Below are positions 1 through 8,347 of a stretch of 64,000 nucleotides of DNA, one piece after another; positions within the stretch are counted from its first letter, which is position 1, and the number at the start of each line of letters is the position of its first letter. The DNA lies in NCBI GenBank assembly GCA_034005245.1, contig JAVEVC010000002.1:81098-145097 (forward strand), given 5' to 3'. The translations under genes were made by a program, and so were the position numbers. The DNA is from Bacteroidales bacterium. Lineage in GTDB: Bacteria; Bacteroidota; Bacteroidia; Bacteroidales; VadinHA17. Under the pieces are notes generated by a model that was given only the letters and a program-made list of their open reading frames with translations, was not told where the DNA came from and did not search any database.

Positions 1-355
1 ATACGGCATAAATTGAAGAAACTGATTCAGGGCTGACCTTTACACTGAGGCTGTTCACTGCAAAATCATGCGGGCAGGTCCGGTCGTATGCATAATATTC
101 ATCGGGGCCGCAAAAAACTATAATGCCATTGCCATCGTATCCTGCCGCACTATAGCCCCAGTTGTTGGTACTTGAGCTTACTGTGATAGAGCCAAACATG
201 GCATTCAGATCCACAAATTCCGGATCAAGAAGATCTACGGTGAAATTTATGTAAACATCGGGGATTACATCGTTCTTGTTTTTTGAACATGACAATGTGG
301 ATAGCAAAAAAACTTGCGCAATTAGAAGAAATCCTACTTTTGAACAGGGTTTCAT
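1..355 (-). CDS. lipoprotein of unknown function, N-terminal part only (gene runs off the left edge)
   Basis: It is absent from the ORF track because it is open at the window edge. The reverse complement of 355..1 reads MKPCSKVGFLLIAQVFLLSTLSCSKNKNDVIPDVYINF...GPDEYYAYDRTCPHDFAVNSLSVKV. The ATG is at 355-353, there is a signal peptide plus lipobox (LSTLSC), and the frame stays open to position 1. The C-P-H motif is reminiscent of a Rieske-type ligand pair, but the rest of the domain lies outside the window. Confidence 0.55.
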   Translation of the reverse strand, partial: MKPCSKVGFLLIAQVFLLSTLSCSKNKNDVIPDVYINFTVDLLDPEFVDLNAMFGSITVSSSTNNWGYSAAGYDGNGIIVFCGPDEYYAYDRTCPHDFAVNSLSVKVSPESVSSIYAV

Positions 356-437
356 CGGACACTGATTTGTATGCAAAATTAATAATATGACCTAAGAAAA
401 TACGTTACAAGATAAATATTATGATAAATATTAGACA

Positions 438-818
438 ATGAGGATATTGGTCGGGAAGTGCTTTATGCTGGCATTGGTGATGCTTATAACCGTCACTTTT
501 TCAGAAATTTCAGGTGAAACCGGCGTTCTCGGCGGCAGCATGAAAAGGGAATCTGCAAGATCGGTTTCCGGGAAGCAGGGAAAAGCCAGGGAACCCAGAA
601 GTGTAAGGAAGGCAAAAAAGCAACAGGCCTTAAAGGAGAAGAACCTGAAGAAAGAGTATGCTGAGTTTGTCAGGGAGAACAGGAAGCGTTCCTATGAGAT
701 ACAAACCGACGAGGTTAAGGAACGCATGAAGGCCAACAAGAAGAGTACAAAAAAAAGTTATGCAGAAAAAAAGAAAAAAAATACTGAGGCGGGGAAAAAA
801 GCGTCAAAAAAGTACTGA
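438..818 (+). CDS. hypothetical secreted, extremely Lys-rich small protein
   Basis: ATG-started ORF of 126 aa. It has a hydrophobic N-terminal signal-like segment (MRILVGKCFMLALVMLITVTFSEISG), and the remainder is K/E/R-rich low complexity. I recognise no family, and low-complexity ORFs are easy to over-call. Confidence 0.45.
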   Translation: MRILVGKCFMLALVMLITVTFSEISGETGVLGGSMKRESARSVSGKQGKAREPRSVRKAKKQQALKEKNLKKEYAEFVRENRKRSYEIQTDEVKERMKANKKSTKKSYAEKKKKNTEAGKKASKKY

Positions 819-973
819 AATTACACTCAAGGTAAATAATGATTCTAAATATCAGTAGATTAAGTTGTTCATACGGAACATTGTTTTTATTAATCTTTTT
901 GTTATCACGATTGATGGGGAATAAAGGTTTCAAGAGGAATAAATAATTGTATAATACCACTTTTCAGCATTTT

Positions 974-1005
974 TTTGCTTTTGGAAAAAAAAATTCTTAT
1001 ATTTG
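974..1005 (+). promoter_or_regulatory. candidate Bacteroidetes-type promoter for greA (-33 TTTG, -7 TATATTTG)
   Basis: TTTG at 974-977, a 20-nt spacer containing an A9 run at 985-993, then TATATTTG at 998-1005. This matches the phylum -33 TTTG / -7 TAnnTTTG consensus and lies 60 nt upstream of the greA ATG. Confidence 0.4.
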
Positions 1006-1010
1006 TTATG

Positions 1011-1048
1011 AAGAGTTCCGGGAAAACCCGGAATTCTTCTTGTTTTTT
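1011..1048 (+). terminator. intrinsic terminator / attenuator hairpin in the greA leader
   Basis: AAGAGTTCCGGG (1011-1022), loop AAAA, then CCCGGAATTCTT (1027-1038). This gives a 12-bp stem with one G.U pair, followed by CTTG and TTTTTT (1043-1048). Confidence 0.6.
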
Positions 1049-1064
1049 ACTTGACACAGAAATA

Positions 1065-1538
1065 ATGTCAGATGTCATTTACATAACCGAAGAAGGACTT
1101 GAAAGGATAAAGGAAGAACTCGATCATCTTAGAAAGATTGAGAGGCCTGCATTATCCAAGCAGATTGCTGATGCAAGGGATAAGGGCGATCTTTCGGAGA
1201 ATGCGGAATATGCTGCTGCCAAAGAAGCTCAGGGTCTTCTTGAGATGAAAATTTCAAGGCTTGAGGATATTATTGCCCGGTCAAGAGTAATTGACGAAAC
1301 AAGAATTGACAATACCACTATAAGGCTTCTCAATAAGGTCAGGATCAGAAACAGGGCGAACAACTCCGTGATGGAATACCAGATTGTGCCTGAAAGCGAG
1401 GCAAATTTCAAGGCAGGCAAAATAGCCATAAATTCACCCATTGCCATGGGCCTTATAGGCAGAAAGGCGGGAGAAACGGTCGACATAAAGGTGCCTTCGG
1501 GTGTTATTTCTTTCGAGATACTAAATATTTCTATTTAA
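1065..1538 (+). CDS. greA: transcription elongation factor GreA
   Basis: MSDVIYITEEGLERIKEELDHL...DLSENAEYAAAKEAQ is the typical GreA coiled-coil N-terminus followed by the C-terminal domain. The track ORF begins at a TTG (975) and would translate through the promoter and hairpin. The ATG at 1065 gives a canonical 157-aa GreA. Confidence 0.9.
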   Translation: MSDVIYITEEGLERIKEELDHLRKIERPALSKQIADARDKGDLSENAEYAAAKEAQGLLEMKISRLEDIIARSRVIDETRIDNTTIRLLNKVRIRNRANNSVMEYQIVPESEANFKAGKIAINSPIAMGLIGRKAGETVDIKVPSGVISFEILNISI

Positions 1539-1556
1539 TAATATTTCTACTGTCAG

Positions 1557-1955
1557 ATGGCAACTATTTTTACCAGAATCATAAATGGAGAAATACCCTG
1601 CTATAAAATTGCCGAAGATGATAAATATTTTGCCTTTCTGGATATTAATCCAATAAGGGAAGGGCATACCCTTGTTATTACAAAGCAGGAAACAGATTAT
1701 ATCTTTGACCTTGACGATGTCATTCTTGCAGGACTAATGGTATTTTCCAAGAAAATATCAAAAGCCATTGCTGCTGCCATTCCATGTGCACGGATAGGTG
1801 TAGCAGTCGTCGGCCTTGAGGTACCCCATACGCATATTCATCTTGTCCCTATTGACACAATTCAGGACCTCAACTTTAAGAATCCCAAGCTCACATTCAC
1901 TCCGGAACAATTCAGGGAAATTGCGGAAAGAATAAGCAGGAATGTAGTCTTGTGA
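1557..1955 (+). CDS. HIT-family (histidine triad) nucleotide hydrolase
   Basis: The protein is 132 aa with the histidine-triad motif HTHIHLVP near the C-terminus. The N-terminus IFTRIINGEIPCYKIAEDDKYFAFLDINP is typical of HinT-like proteins. Confidence 0.9.
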   Translation: MATIFTRIINGEIPCYKIAEDDKYFAFLDINPIREGHTLVITKQETDYIFDLDDVILAGLMVFSKKISKAIAAAIPCARIGVAVVGLEVPHTHIHLVPIDTIQDLNFKNPKLTFTPEQFREIAERISRNVVL

Positions 1956-2015
1956 CCTTTCAGGACAATCATCAATATAGTTTGTGTAACACCCTTTAGG
2001 AAAGATGCTCTTTTG

Positions 2016-2023
2016 TATCTTTG
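2016..2023 (+). promoter_or_regulatory. candidate -7 promoter box (TATCTTTG) for comF
   Basis: Exact match to TAnnTTTG, 23 nt upstream of the ATG at 2046. This argues against the TTG start at 2013 used in the ORF track. Confidence 0.35.
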
Positions 2024-2045
2024 TCATTATTTCTTTGCTCGCTGC

Positions 2046-2750
2046 ATGAATTACTTATACAATTTGTGGGATGACGTCATCAGCCTCCTGTTTCCCCGTC
2101 TTTGCTATGGCTGCGGAAACCATCTAATGAGGAATGAATCACTTATTTGCACAGAGTGCTATGTTGCCATACCCCGTTCGGAATACCATCTGAAGCCAGA
2201 TAATCCTGTTGCTCAGATTTTCTGGGGCAGATGCCTGATAGAGAAGGCTGCCGCTTTTTCGTACTACACCAGGGGAAGCAGGATCAGGAATCTAATTCAT
2301 AACCTTAAATACCGTGGAGTCAAGGAAGTAGGTTTTGAGCTGGGGAAGATTTACGCTCTTTCCTTAAAGAAATCAGGATTTCTTGACGATATTGATTTAA
2401 TAATACCGGTTCCGCTGCATCCATCAAAGCTAAGGAAGAGAGGTTTTAACCAGAGCGATTTTATATCCGGAGGTATTTCGGCTGTGACCGGAATACCGGT
2501 TGATACCGGAGTCCTGGTAAGAACTGCCGGTACAAAAACCCAGACTCGCAAATCGAGATATGACAGGTGGGTGAACGTTGAAGGTATTTTCACCGTTGAG
2601 GGATTTGACAGAATAGTCAACCGTCATGTGTTACTGGTGGATGATGTAATAACAACGGGTTCAACAATTGAGTCATGTGCCAATGTGATACTCGCAGCTG
2701 AAGGGACCAGGGTCAGTGTACTTGCTCTGGCATTTTCAACCACAGGATAA
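2046..2750 (+). CDS. comF: ComF-family protein (phosphoribosyltransferase domain)
   Basis: It has an N-terminal double CxxC zinc-finger (CYGCGN...CTECY) and a C-terminal PRTase motif LLVDDVITTGST. Confidence 0.8.
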   Translation: MNYLYNLWDDVISLLFPRLCYGCGNHLMRNESLICTECYVAIPRSEYHLKPDNPVAQIFWGRCLIEKAAAFSYYTRGSRIRNLIHNLKYRGVKEVGFELGKIYALSLKKSGFLDDIDLIIPVPLHPSKLRKRGFNQSDFISGGISAVTGIPVDTGVLVRTAGTKTQTRKSRYDRWVNVEGIFTVEGFDRIVNRHVLLVDDVITTGSTIESCANVILAAEGTRVSVLALAFSTTG

Positions 2751-2755
2751 GGGTT

Positions 2756-3319
2756 TCATCTGGCAATTCTGCCAGGATTCCTGTTCATGAAATCCTTCCA
2801 GCTTCTGTATTCATTTCCGGCTACTGGATTGTTGGTCTGATAGAAATGGCAAACCGCTGCAGCAAGACCATCAGTTGCATCGAGCTTCATCTTTGTTTCA
2901 CTGAACATGAGGATGTGTTTCAGCATCGAAGCCACCTGCTCCTTGGAAGCGGAGCCTCTGCCGGTGATAGACATCTTTATTTTCCTCGGAGCATATTCAA
3001 AAATGGGAAGCGACCTGTTGAGAGCAGCCGCTATTGCTGCACCCTGGGCCCTTCCCAGTTTCAACATCGACTGAACATTTTTCCCGTAAAAGGGTGCTTC
3101 TATGGCAAGCTCATCGGGGTGATATTCATCTATTATCCTTGTGGTACAATCAAAAATGTGCTTTATTTTAAGGTAATGATCCCTGAATTTTGTAAGATCA
3201 ATGGCTCCTATGGCCAGCAATTCAGGCGTAATGCCAGAAACGCTAATGACTCCGTAGCCTGTGATTGTTGTTCCCGGATCAATGCCCAGAATTATCCTTT
3301 GCTTAACTTTCTTGCTCAA
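2756..3319 (-). CDS. ruvC: crossover junction endodeoxyribonuclease RuvC
   Basis: It contains [17 protein letters not shown], the RuvC catalytic Asp motif, and is 187 aa. The start codon on the minus strand is TTG (3319-3317), and there is no in-frame ATG nearby. Confidence 0.9.
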   Translation of the reverse strand: MSKKVKQRIILGIDPGTTITGYGVISVSGITPELLAIGAIDLTKFRDHYLKIKHIFDCTTRIIDEYHPDELAIEAPFYGKNVQSMLKLGRAQGAAIAAALNRSLPIFEYAPRKIKMSITGRGSASKEQVASMLKHILMFSETKMKLDATDGLAAAVCHFYQTNNPVAGNEYRSWKDFMNRNPGRIAR

Positions 3320-3345
3320 CAGATGACTTGATAGTAATGATTACA

Positions 3346-4653
3346 TTATTGAATCAGTGAAAGCCCCCTGCTGATCCATGCTGGTTTTTCCGAGACCCAT
3401 GGCTGGGGAATGTCACGATATAATCCTTTTGATGACAGCGCCCCTGTTTCCAGGAAATGAATAGCTTCCTTGAGGCAGAGTTCATTCCTGTCCTCAAAAT
3501 CGTGTGCAATATCGTCTATAACATATTTATCAGGAGGAAGGCCATCATAGAAATCCCCTTCATCATTTTTATTTGCCACTTTGAAGATTATAGGCAGGAA
3601 GTAGTAGGCCTGGCGAAATGCATAAGTCCTCATTCCAACAGGCTTTCCATAGGTAGTGTCACCTATGCAGATCACATCCAGGAAGGGACTGAGGCCATTT
3701 ATCAGAGCCTCACTTGCTGAAGCTGTCTGACCAGTAGTCAGAACAACCAGCCTGGTAAGGGAGAGGGGATAGACAGTAGGCATGAACGGGAAAACGGAGT
3801 TTTCATGCTGATTCTGATTGTTAAATATTAGTTTGATAAAAGGGGCATTATAAGGTACAGGTACGTCGCCTGCAATAAAGCTCGCTATTTTCTGCGCAGT
3901 CGAAAGCATCCCGCCAGGATTATATCTCAGGTCAAGAATCAGGTCCTTTATGTTGTTTGATTTGAAAAATGCAAAGGCTGCTGATAATTCTGCTTCCGAT
4001 TCCTGGGTGTACATAAAATAATCATACACAATATGGCCTGTTATTCCGGAGGAAAGATGCAGAGTATCATAATGTATTACTGAATTGAGGATGAATTTTG
4101 TTTTTGTCGATGCTATTGCCACCTCCGTCCCATCAGGATTCTCGAACAGGAATTGATTTGTAATGCCCGCTTTGCTTTCTCCCATTACCCTGTCGTAGGC
4201 CTCATAATCATTTGAGATAATCAGGGGAGCAATATCCACCCCGTTAACTGATTTTATTATCCACCCCCTCCTTACTCCCTGAGCATACAAAGGCGACCTT
4301 GAATATATCAGTGCTATTCTGGCTTTGCTTTCCTCGTCAATCTTTATCAGTATTCCATGTCCGACGAAATCACCCGCCATCGAAGCCACAAATTCATCGT
4401 AATCCTCCACATAACTGTACCTGTCGACAGGTTTATACATCATTGCCTCCAATAAATCATAGGGATTATCGTAGTTTTCCTTGGTTACCACTGGCATCAG
4501 GTCGTTCCAGTAGTATTTATCAATCATAAGATTATACAGGCTGTCTTTGGCAATCTCGTCAATCAGAACATCATCAGGGGGATTATCATTATCTTTCCTG
4601 CAGGAGGAGATTAAAAGTATCAATACAAGCGTAGTGAACAAAGCCCTTTTCAT
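3346..4653 (-). CDS. S41-family (tail-specific/C-terminal processing) peptidase lipoprotein
   Basis: It has a signal peptide plus lipobox (LLISSC), the S41 motif LILDLRYNPGGM, and a catalytic-Ser region TGQTASASEALINGL. Confidence 0.8.
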   Translation of the reverse strand: MKRALFTTLVLILLISSCRKDNDNPPDDVLIDEIAKDSLYNLMIDKYYWNDLMPVVTKENYDNPYDLLEAMMYKPVDRYSYVEDYDEFVASMAGDFVGHGILIKIDEESKARIALIYSRSPLYAQGVRRGWIIKSVNGVDIAPLIISNDYEAYDRVMGESKAGITNQFLFENPDGTEVAIASTKTKFILNSVIHYDTLHLSSGITGHIVYDYFMYTQESEAELSAAFAFFKSNNIKDLILDLRYNPGGMLSTAQKIASFIAGDVPVPYNAPFIKLIFNNQNQHENSVFPFMPTVYPLSLTRLVVLTTGQTASASEALINGLSPFLDVICIGDTTYGKPVGMRTYAFRQAYYFLPIIFKVANKNDEGDFYDGLPPDKYVIDDIAHDFEDRNELCLKEAIHFLETGALSSKGLYRDIPQPWVSEKPAWISRGLSLIQ

Positions 4654-4811
4654 CTGGAAATAGTTTTACCATATAATATCACATGCTGACCAGAAGGCAG
4701 GCAGGGAATCCGCATGCATGCAAGACTGTTTTCATTCTTGTCTGTCTCTGAATAACATATGGGTCTCATAGCGTATATAATTGTACAGTCACCTGTGAAC
4801 CACAAAGATAA

Positions 4812-5702
4812 CTATTTAAATATATCCTTCTTTGTGTTCTGGATCAATACTCCTGAAATGATCAGCAATAATCCTGCCGGAGTTGTGTAATAAACAGGTT
4901 CATGAAGTATAAAGTGAACGAAAACGAGAGAAATAAAAGGACCGAGGTAAACCAGGTTACTCACCTTGTCGGTGGTTACTGAAAGGCTGAGAGCCTTGAG
5001 CCACAGTAAAAAGGTTATCCCCATTTCAAACAATCCCAGGTATGCAGAAGATGCAATTGCGTTAAAAGATATTTTTTCAGGCCAGCTGCCGGTAAGAATC
5101 AGAGCCAGTACAAGATATATCGAACCGAAAAGAAAGTTCATAAAAAGCTTCACAGCTTCATCTCTCTTGTCTCTAAGGTTCATAATAAAATATAATGCCC
5201 AGAAAACTGAGCTTCCTGCTGCCAGGGCAACGCCTTTTGTACTGACAGCACCGGGATGGAATGGATTACCCTGCGAGGAAATGATATAGACGCCGGTAAA
5301 GCTTACCAGCAAGGCAAGGTAGCTCTTTTTTGGGATTCTCTGCTTAAGTAATGGGACCGAAAGAAAAACCAGGACTATGGGCCATATCATGTTCAGGGGC
5401 TGGGCTACCTGGGCTGGAAGTAACTGGTAGGCCGTCAGAAGGATGATATAGTAAAGAAGGGGATTTATAAATCCCAGCATGGCAGAATTCAACAGATCAG
5501 CCGTTGTGCTCTGCAGAATCAAATGGAGTTTCCCCTGGAACAGTATTACTGCAAAAAGGACAAAAGCCGATGTTACTGATGCGATAGTGAGAAGAGGCAG
5601 CACCGGCAGCATCCCGAGGCTTATCTTGAAGGCTGTTGGAACTGTCGACCAAAGCAGGATTGCAGCTAAAGCATAGAAGTATGACTGTCGCGATTTTTCC
5701 AT
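4812..5702 (-). CDS. DMT-superfamily (EamA-like) transporter
   Basis: It has about 10 hydrophobic helices with two EamA-like halves. The track ORF starts at a TTG (5726). The in-frame ATG at 5702 (MEKSRQSYFYALAAILLWS) is the more likely start. Confidence 0.8.
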   Translation of the reverse strand: MEKSRQSYFYALAAILLWSTVPTAFKISLGMLPVLPLLTIASVTSAFVLFAVILFQGKLHLILQSTTADLLNSAMLGFINPLLYYIILLTAYQLLPAQVAQPLNMIWPIVLVFLSVPLLKQRIPKKSYLALLVSFTGVYIISSQGNPFHPGAVSTKGVALAAGSSVFWALYFIMNLRDKRDEAVKLFMNFLFGSIYLVLALILTGSWPEKISFNAIASSAYLGLFEMGITFLLWLKALSLSVTTDKVSNLVYLGPFISLVFVHFILHEPVYYTTPAGLLLIISGVLIQNTKKDIFK

Positions 5703-5787
5703 CTTGCCGGTAGAAAAGGTATACAATAAATATAACAGGGCTTTAATCAGGGCAGCCGTTGGGACATATCGGGCGGGTCACATTTCC

Positions 5788-7062
5788 TTAGCTGATAATA
5801 TCAAATCCGGTATAGGTCCTCAGCACATGAGGGATCAGAATTCCTTTATCAGTCTGGTTGTTTTCCAGAAGTGCTGCAACTATCCTTGGAAGGGCCAGGG
5901 CGCTTCCATTAAGTGTATGAGCCAGACGGGTCTGCTTATCGCCCTTATCCTTGAACCTGCATTTTAGCCTGTTGGCCTGGAATGATTCAAAATTCGATAC
6001 AGAGCTTACTTCCAGCCATCTCTGCTGGGCGGCCGACCAGACTTCAAAATCACAGGTAAGTGCTGAAGTAAAAGACATATCACCTCCGCAGAGCCTTAAT
6101 ATACGGTAGGGCAGTTCAAGTTTTGCAACCAGGCTTTCCACATGGCTCACCATTGAATTGAGTGACTCATAGGAGTGATCGGGATGTGCAATCTGCACTA
6201 TTTCCACTTTATCGAACTGGTGAAGTCGGTTGAGGCCCCTTACATGAGCTCCCCACGAGCCGGCTTCCCTGCGGAAACAAGGCGTGTAGGCAATATTTTT
6301 GACAGGCAGCTGTTCGCCGTTGAGAATCACATCCCTGTATATGTTTGTTACAGGCACCTCAGCTGTAGGTATAAGGTAAAAATTGTCAAGTGTAATATTG
6401 TACATTTGTCCTTCCTTGTCAGGAAGCTGGCCTGTTCCAAAACCCGAATCCTCATTTACCAGAATGGGTGGCAGAACTTCGTTATAGCCTGCCTTAACAC
6501 CTTCGTCGAGAAAGAAATTAATCAGAGCCCGTTCAAGTTTGGCACCCTTCCCTTTGTAAACCGGGAAGCCTGCTCCCGTAAGCTTTATCCCGAGCTCAAA
6601 GTCGATAAGATCATATTTTCTTATAAGATCCCAGTGAGGAAGGGCATTCTCCGGAAGGACAGGAATGCTGCCACCTTCCTTTACTTTTACGTTATCGTCG
6701 GCTCCGTGGCCGGGAGCAACAGACTCATGAGGCAGATTGGGAAGCAGGATGATCTCGTTTCTTAACTCTTCCTCAACTGGTAACAGTTTTTCGGTGAGTG
6801 ACTTGATTTCCTCCTTTATTGCAGAAGTCTTTTTCCTCAACTCTTCAGCTACCTCCTTTTTGCCTTCTCTCATCAGCGAGCCTATTTCCTTCGACACCCG
6901 GTTAATCTCGCTCTGAAGCAGATCTGATTTGGATTGGATATCGCGCCGGGAAGCGTCAAGAAATAAAATCTTTTCAACTATTTCTTCAGCCGGGAAGTTT
7001 TTGATCTTTAGCCTCTCAATGACAAAATTCTTTTTTTCGCGGATCAGGTTGATTGTAAGCAT
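5788..7062 (-). CDS. serS: serine--tRNA ligase
   Basis: The protein is 424 aa with an N-terminal coiled-coil arm (MLTINLIREKK...) and class II motifs (FRREAGS..., GSALALPR). Confidence 0.95.
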   Translation of the reverse strand: MLTINLIREKKNFVIERLKIKNFPAEEIVEKILFLDASRRDIQSKSDLLQSEINRVSKEIGSLMREGKKEVAEELRKKTSAIKEEIKSLTEKLLPVEEELRNEIILLPNLPHESVAPGHGADDNVKVKEGGSIPVLPENALPHWDLIRKYDLIDFELGIKLTGAGFPVYKGKGAKLERALINFFLDEGVKAGYNEVLPPILVNEDSGFGTGQLPDKEGQMYNITLDNFYLIPTAEVPVTNIYRDVILNGEQLPVKNIAYTPCFRREAGSWGAHVRGLNRLHQFDKVEIVQIAHPDHSYESLNSMVSHVESLVAKLELPYRILRLCGGDMSFTSALTCDFEVWSAAQQRWLEVSSVSNFESFQANRLKCRFKDKGDKQTRLAHTLNGSALALPRIVAALLENNQTDKGILIPHVLRTYTGFDIIS

Positions 7063-7084
7063 TATTTGACGGGATAATTATTTC

Positions 7085-7112
7085 AAAAAAAAAGCAGGCT
7101 TGTAATGCCTGC
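7085..7112 (-). terminator. intrinsic terminator downstream of rplU-rpmA
   Basis: The minus strand reads GCAGGC-ATTACAA-GCCTGC followed by T9 (plus-strand A9 at 7085-7093). It lies 77 nt after the rpmA stop and 22 nt before the serS ATG. Confidence 0.6.
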
Positions 7113-7188
7113 AGTAAAAATATTAAAAAACTCATGATATTATTTTCCTGGCGAGAAAAAGAAATACATGAGCCTGCACTTCTGTCAA

Positions 7189-7449
7189 TTATTCGGTAAT
7201 TGGTTTTACAGAAACGAATACTTTATTGTCTTTTTTCTTTCTGTACTCAACCTCACCATCAATCAGAGCATACAGGGAGTGGTCCTTGCCTATTCCCACG
7301 TTGCTGCCCGGATTATGCTTTGTACCTCTCTGACGTACGAGTATGTTGCCGGCTTTGACAGCCTGGCCCCCGAAAAGCTTGACTCCCAGCCTCTGGCTGT
7401 GTGAATCGCGGCCGTTTCGCGAGCTTCCTGCTCCTTTCTTGTGTGCCAT
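7189..7449 (-). CDS. rpmA: 50S ribosomal protein L27
   Basis: [29 protein letters not shown] is the canonical L27 N-terminus. Confidence 0.95.
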   Translation of the reverse strand: MAHKKGAGSSRNGRDSHSQRLGVKLFGGQAVKAGNILVRQRGTKHNPGSNVGIGKDHSLYALIDGEVEYRKKKDNKVFVSVKPITE

Positions 7450-7480
7450 ATCCTTATAGTTATTTTATCTGAATATCCTT

Positions 7481-8038
7481 TTATTGCTTCCCTTCAGGAG
7501 ATTTTTTCCCTGATGATTTCTTTTCTGAGGGCTTCTTTACCGCAGTTTTTCTTGCTGCTGGCTTTTTTGCCTGAGGTTTGCTGGCAGAATCCTTTGGTTC
7601 AGACTGTTTCTTTGCTGCACTTTTTTTCGTGCCGGGTTTCTTTTCTGCTGATATTTCTTCCTTTACTGCCTGCTTTGGAGCTTTTGTTTCCTCTTTTGCT
7701 TCAGAATCTTTCTTTTCAGCACCCTTCTTGCCTATACCAATGATCTCAACCTGTGTAAAATTCTGGCGGTGTCCATTTTTGACCCTATACCCTTTTTTCC
7801 TTTTTTTCTTGAAGACGATGACCTTATCTCCCCTTAAATGATCCAGTACTTTTGCCTCAACTAGGTAACCATCTATCAGGGGTTCTCCTACCAGAACGGA
7901 GTCATCTTCCTCGATAAGGAGAACTTTTTCAAATTCAACGCTTTTACCTGCCTCGGCCTCGAGCCTGTGAACATAGATCTTTTTTCCTTTCTCAACTTTA
8001 AACTGCTGACCAGCAATTTCAACGATTGCGTACATCAT
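7481..8038 (-). CDS. rplU: 50S ribosomal protein L21 with an 81-aa Lys-rich C-terminal extension
   Basis: Residues 1-104 (MMYAIVEIAGQQFKVEKG...GHRQNFTQVEIIGIG) align with the whole 103-aa E. coli L21. Residues 105-185 form a K/A/E/S/P-rich tail. Confidence 0.9.
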   Translation of the reverse strand: MMYAIVEIAGQQFKVEKGKKIYVHRLEAEAGKSVEFEKVLLIEEDDSVLVGEPLIDGYLVEAKVLDHLRGDKVIVFKKKRKKGYRVKNGHRQNFTQVEIIGIGKKGAEKKDSEAKEETKAPKQAVKEEISAEKKPGTKKSAAKKQSEPKDSASKPQAKKPAARKTAVKKPSEKKSSGKKSPEGKQ

Positions 8039-8292
8039 AAATCATTGTTATGTTACTCCGTGAGGCGCATATAACATCAAAGTTATATATCTTTACAAAG
8101 CCCCGCAGGATTAATTAAAATCGGACTGCAAAGATAATCATTTAGGATTATTTACAAATCTTTATCATGTTTTTTAAGTAAAATTATTCATATTGACTAT
8201 TTAGGCTGTTTGATACCCGGGGAGATACCTGATGAGGTAATTGATGTTAAAAAAAAGAGTCATCCGGAACTGGCTCTTACTTTTAATATCTT

Positions 8293-8300
8293 TATATTTG
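8293..8300 (+). promoter_or_regulatory. candidate -7 promoter box (TATATTTG) for the bifunctional nuclease gene
   Basis: Exact TAnnTTTG match, 48 nt upstream of the ATG at 8348. Confidence 0.35.
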
Positions 8301-8347
8301 TTTGTTACAACTGTAATGGTTATTTATCTGTTTATTAAATTATTAAC

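Noticed and set aside
985-993. The A9 homopolymer in the greA promoter spacer as a slipped-strand phase-variation switch.
   Set aside because: Phase variation of an essential-type housekeeping factor is implausible. A-runs of this length are common in this AT-rich genome, for example at 7085-7093. There is no supporting evidence without population sequencing.
975-1064. Long N-terminal extensions in the ORF track: greA from 975, comF from 2013, GH97 from 9072, tig from 15913, lptB from 16806, tatC from 17687, rsmA from 34868, lysS from 55690, the small membrane protein from 58586 and lipA from 60799.
   Set aside because: Several of these begin at TTG codons: greA, comF, GH97, tatC and lysS. 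Several translate through promoter boxes, hairpins or the neighbouring gene. In every case an in-frame ATG gives a protein of canonical length and N-terminus, so they are artefacts of taking the longest ORF.
8039-8347. A possible ribosomal-protein leader or autoregulatory structure upstream of rplU. The 310-bp gap holds two candidate -7 boxes on the minus strand (8136-8129 TATCTTTG and 8085-8078 TAACTTTG) and a short TGTTAT/ATAACA hairpin just before the ATG.
   Set aside because: The known L21 leader is a Firmicutes element, and I see nothing resembling a conserved structure. The hairpin is only 6 bp and AT-rich. Much of the gap is needed for the divergent nuclease-gene promoter.
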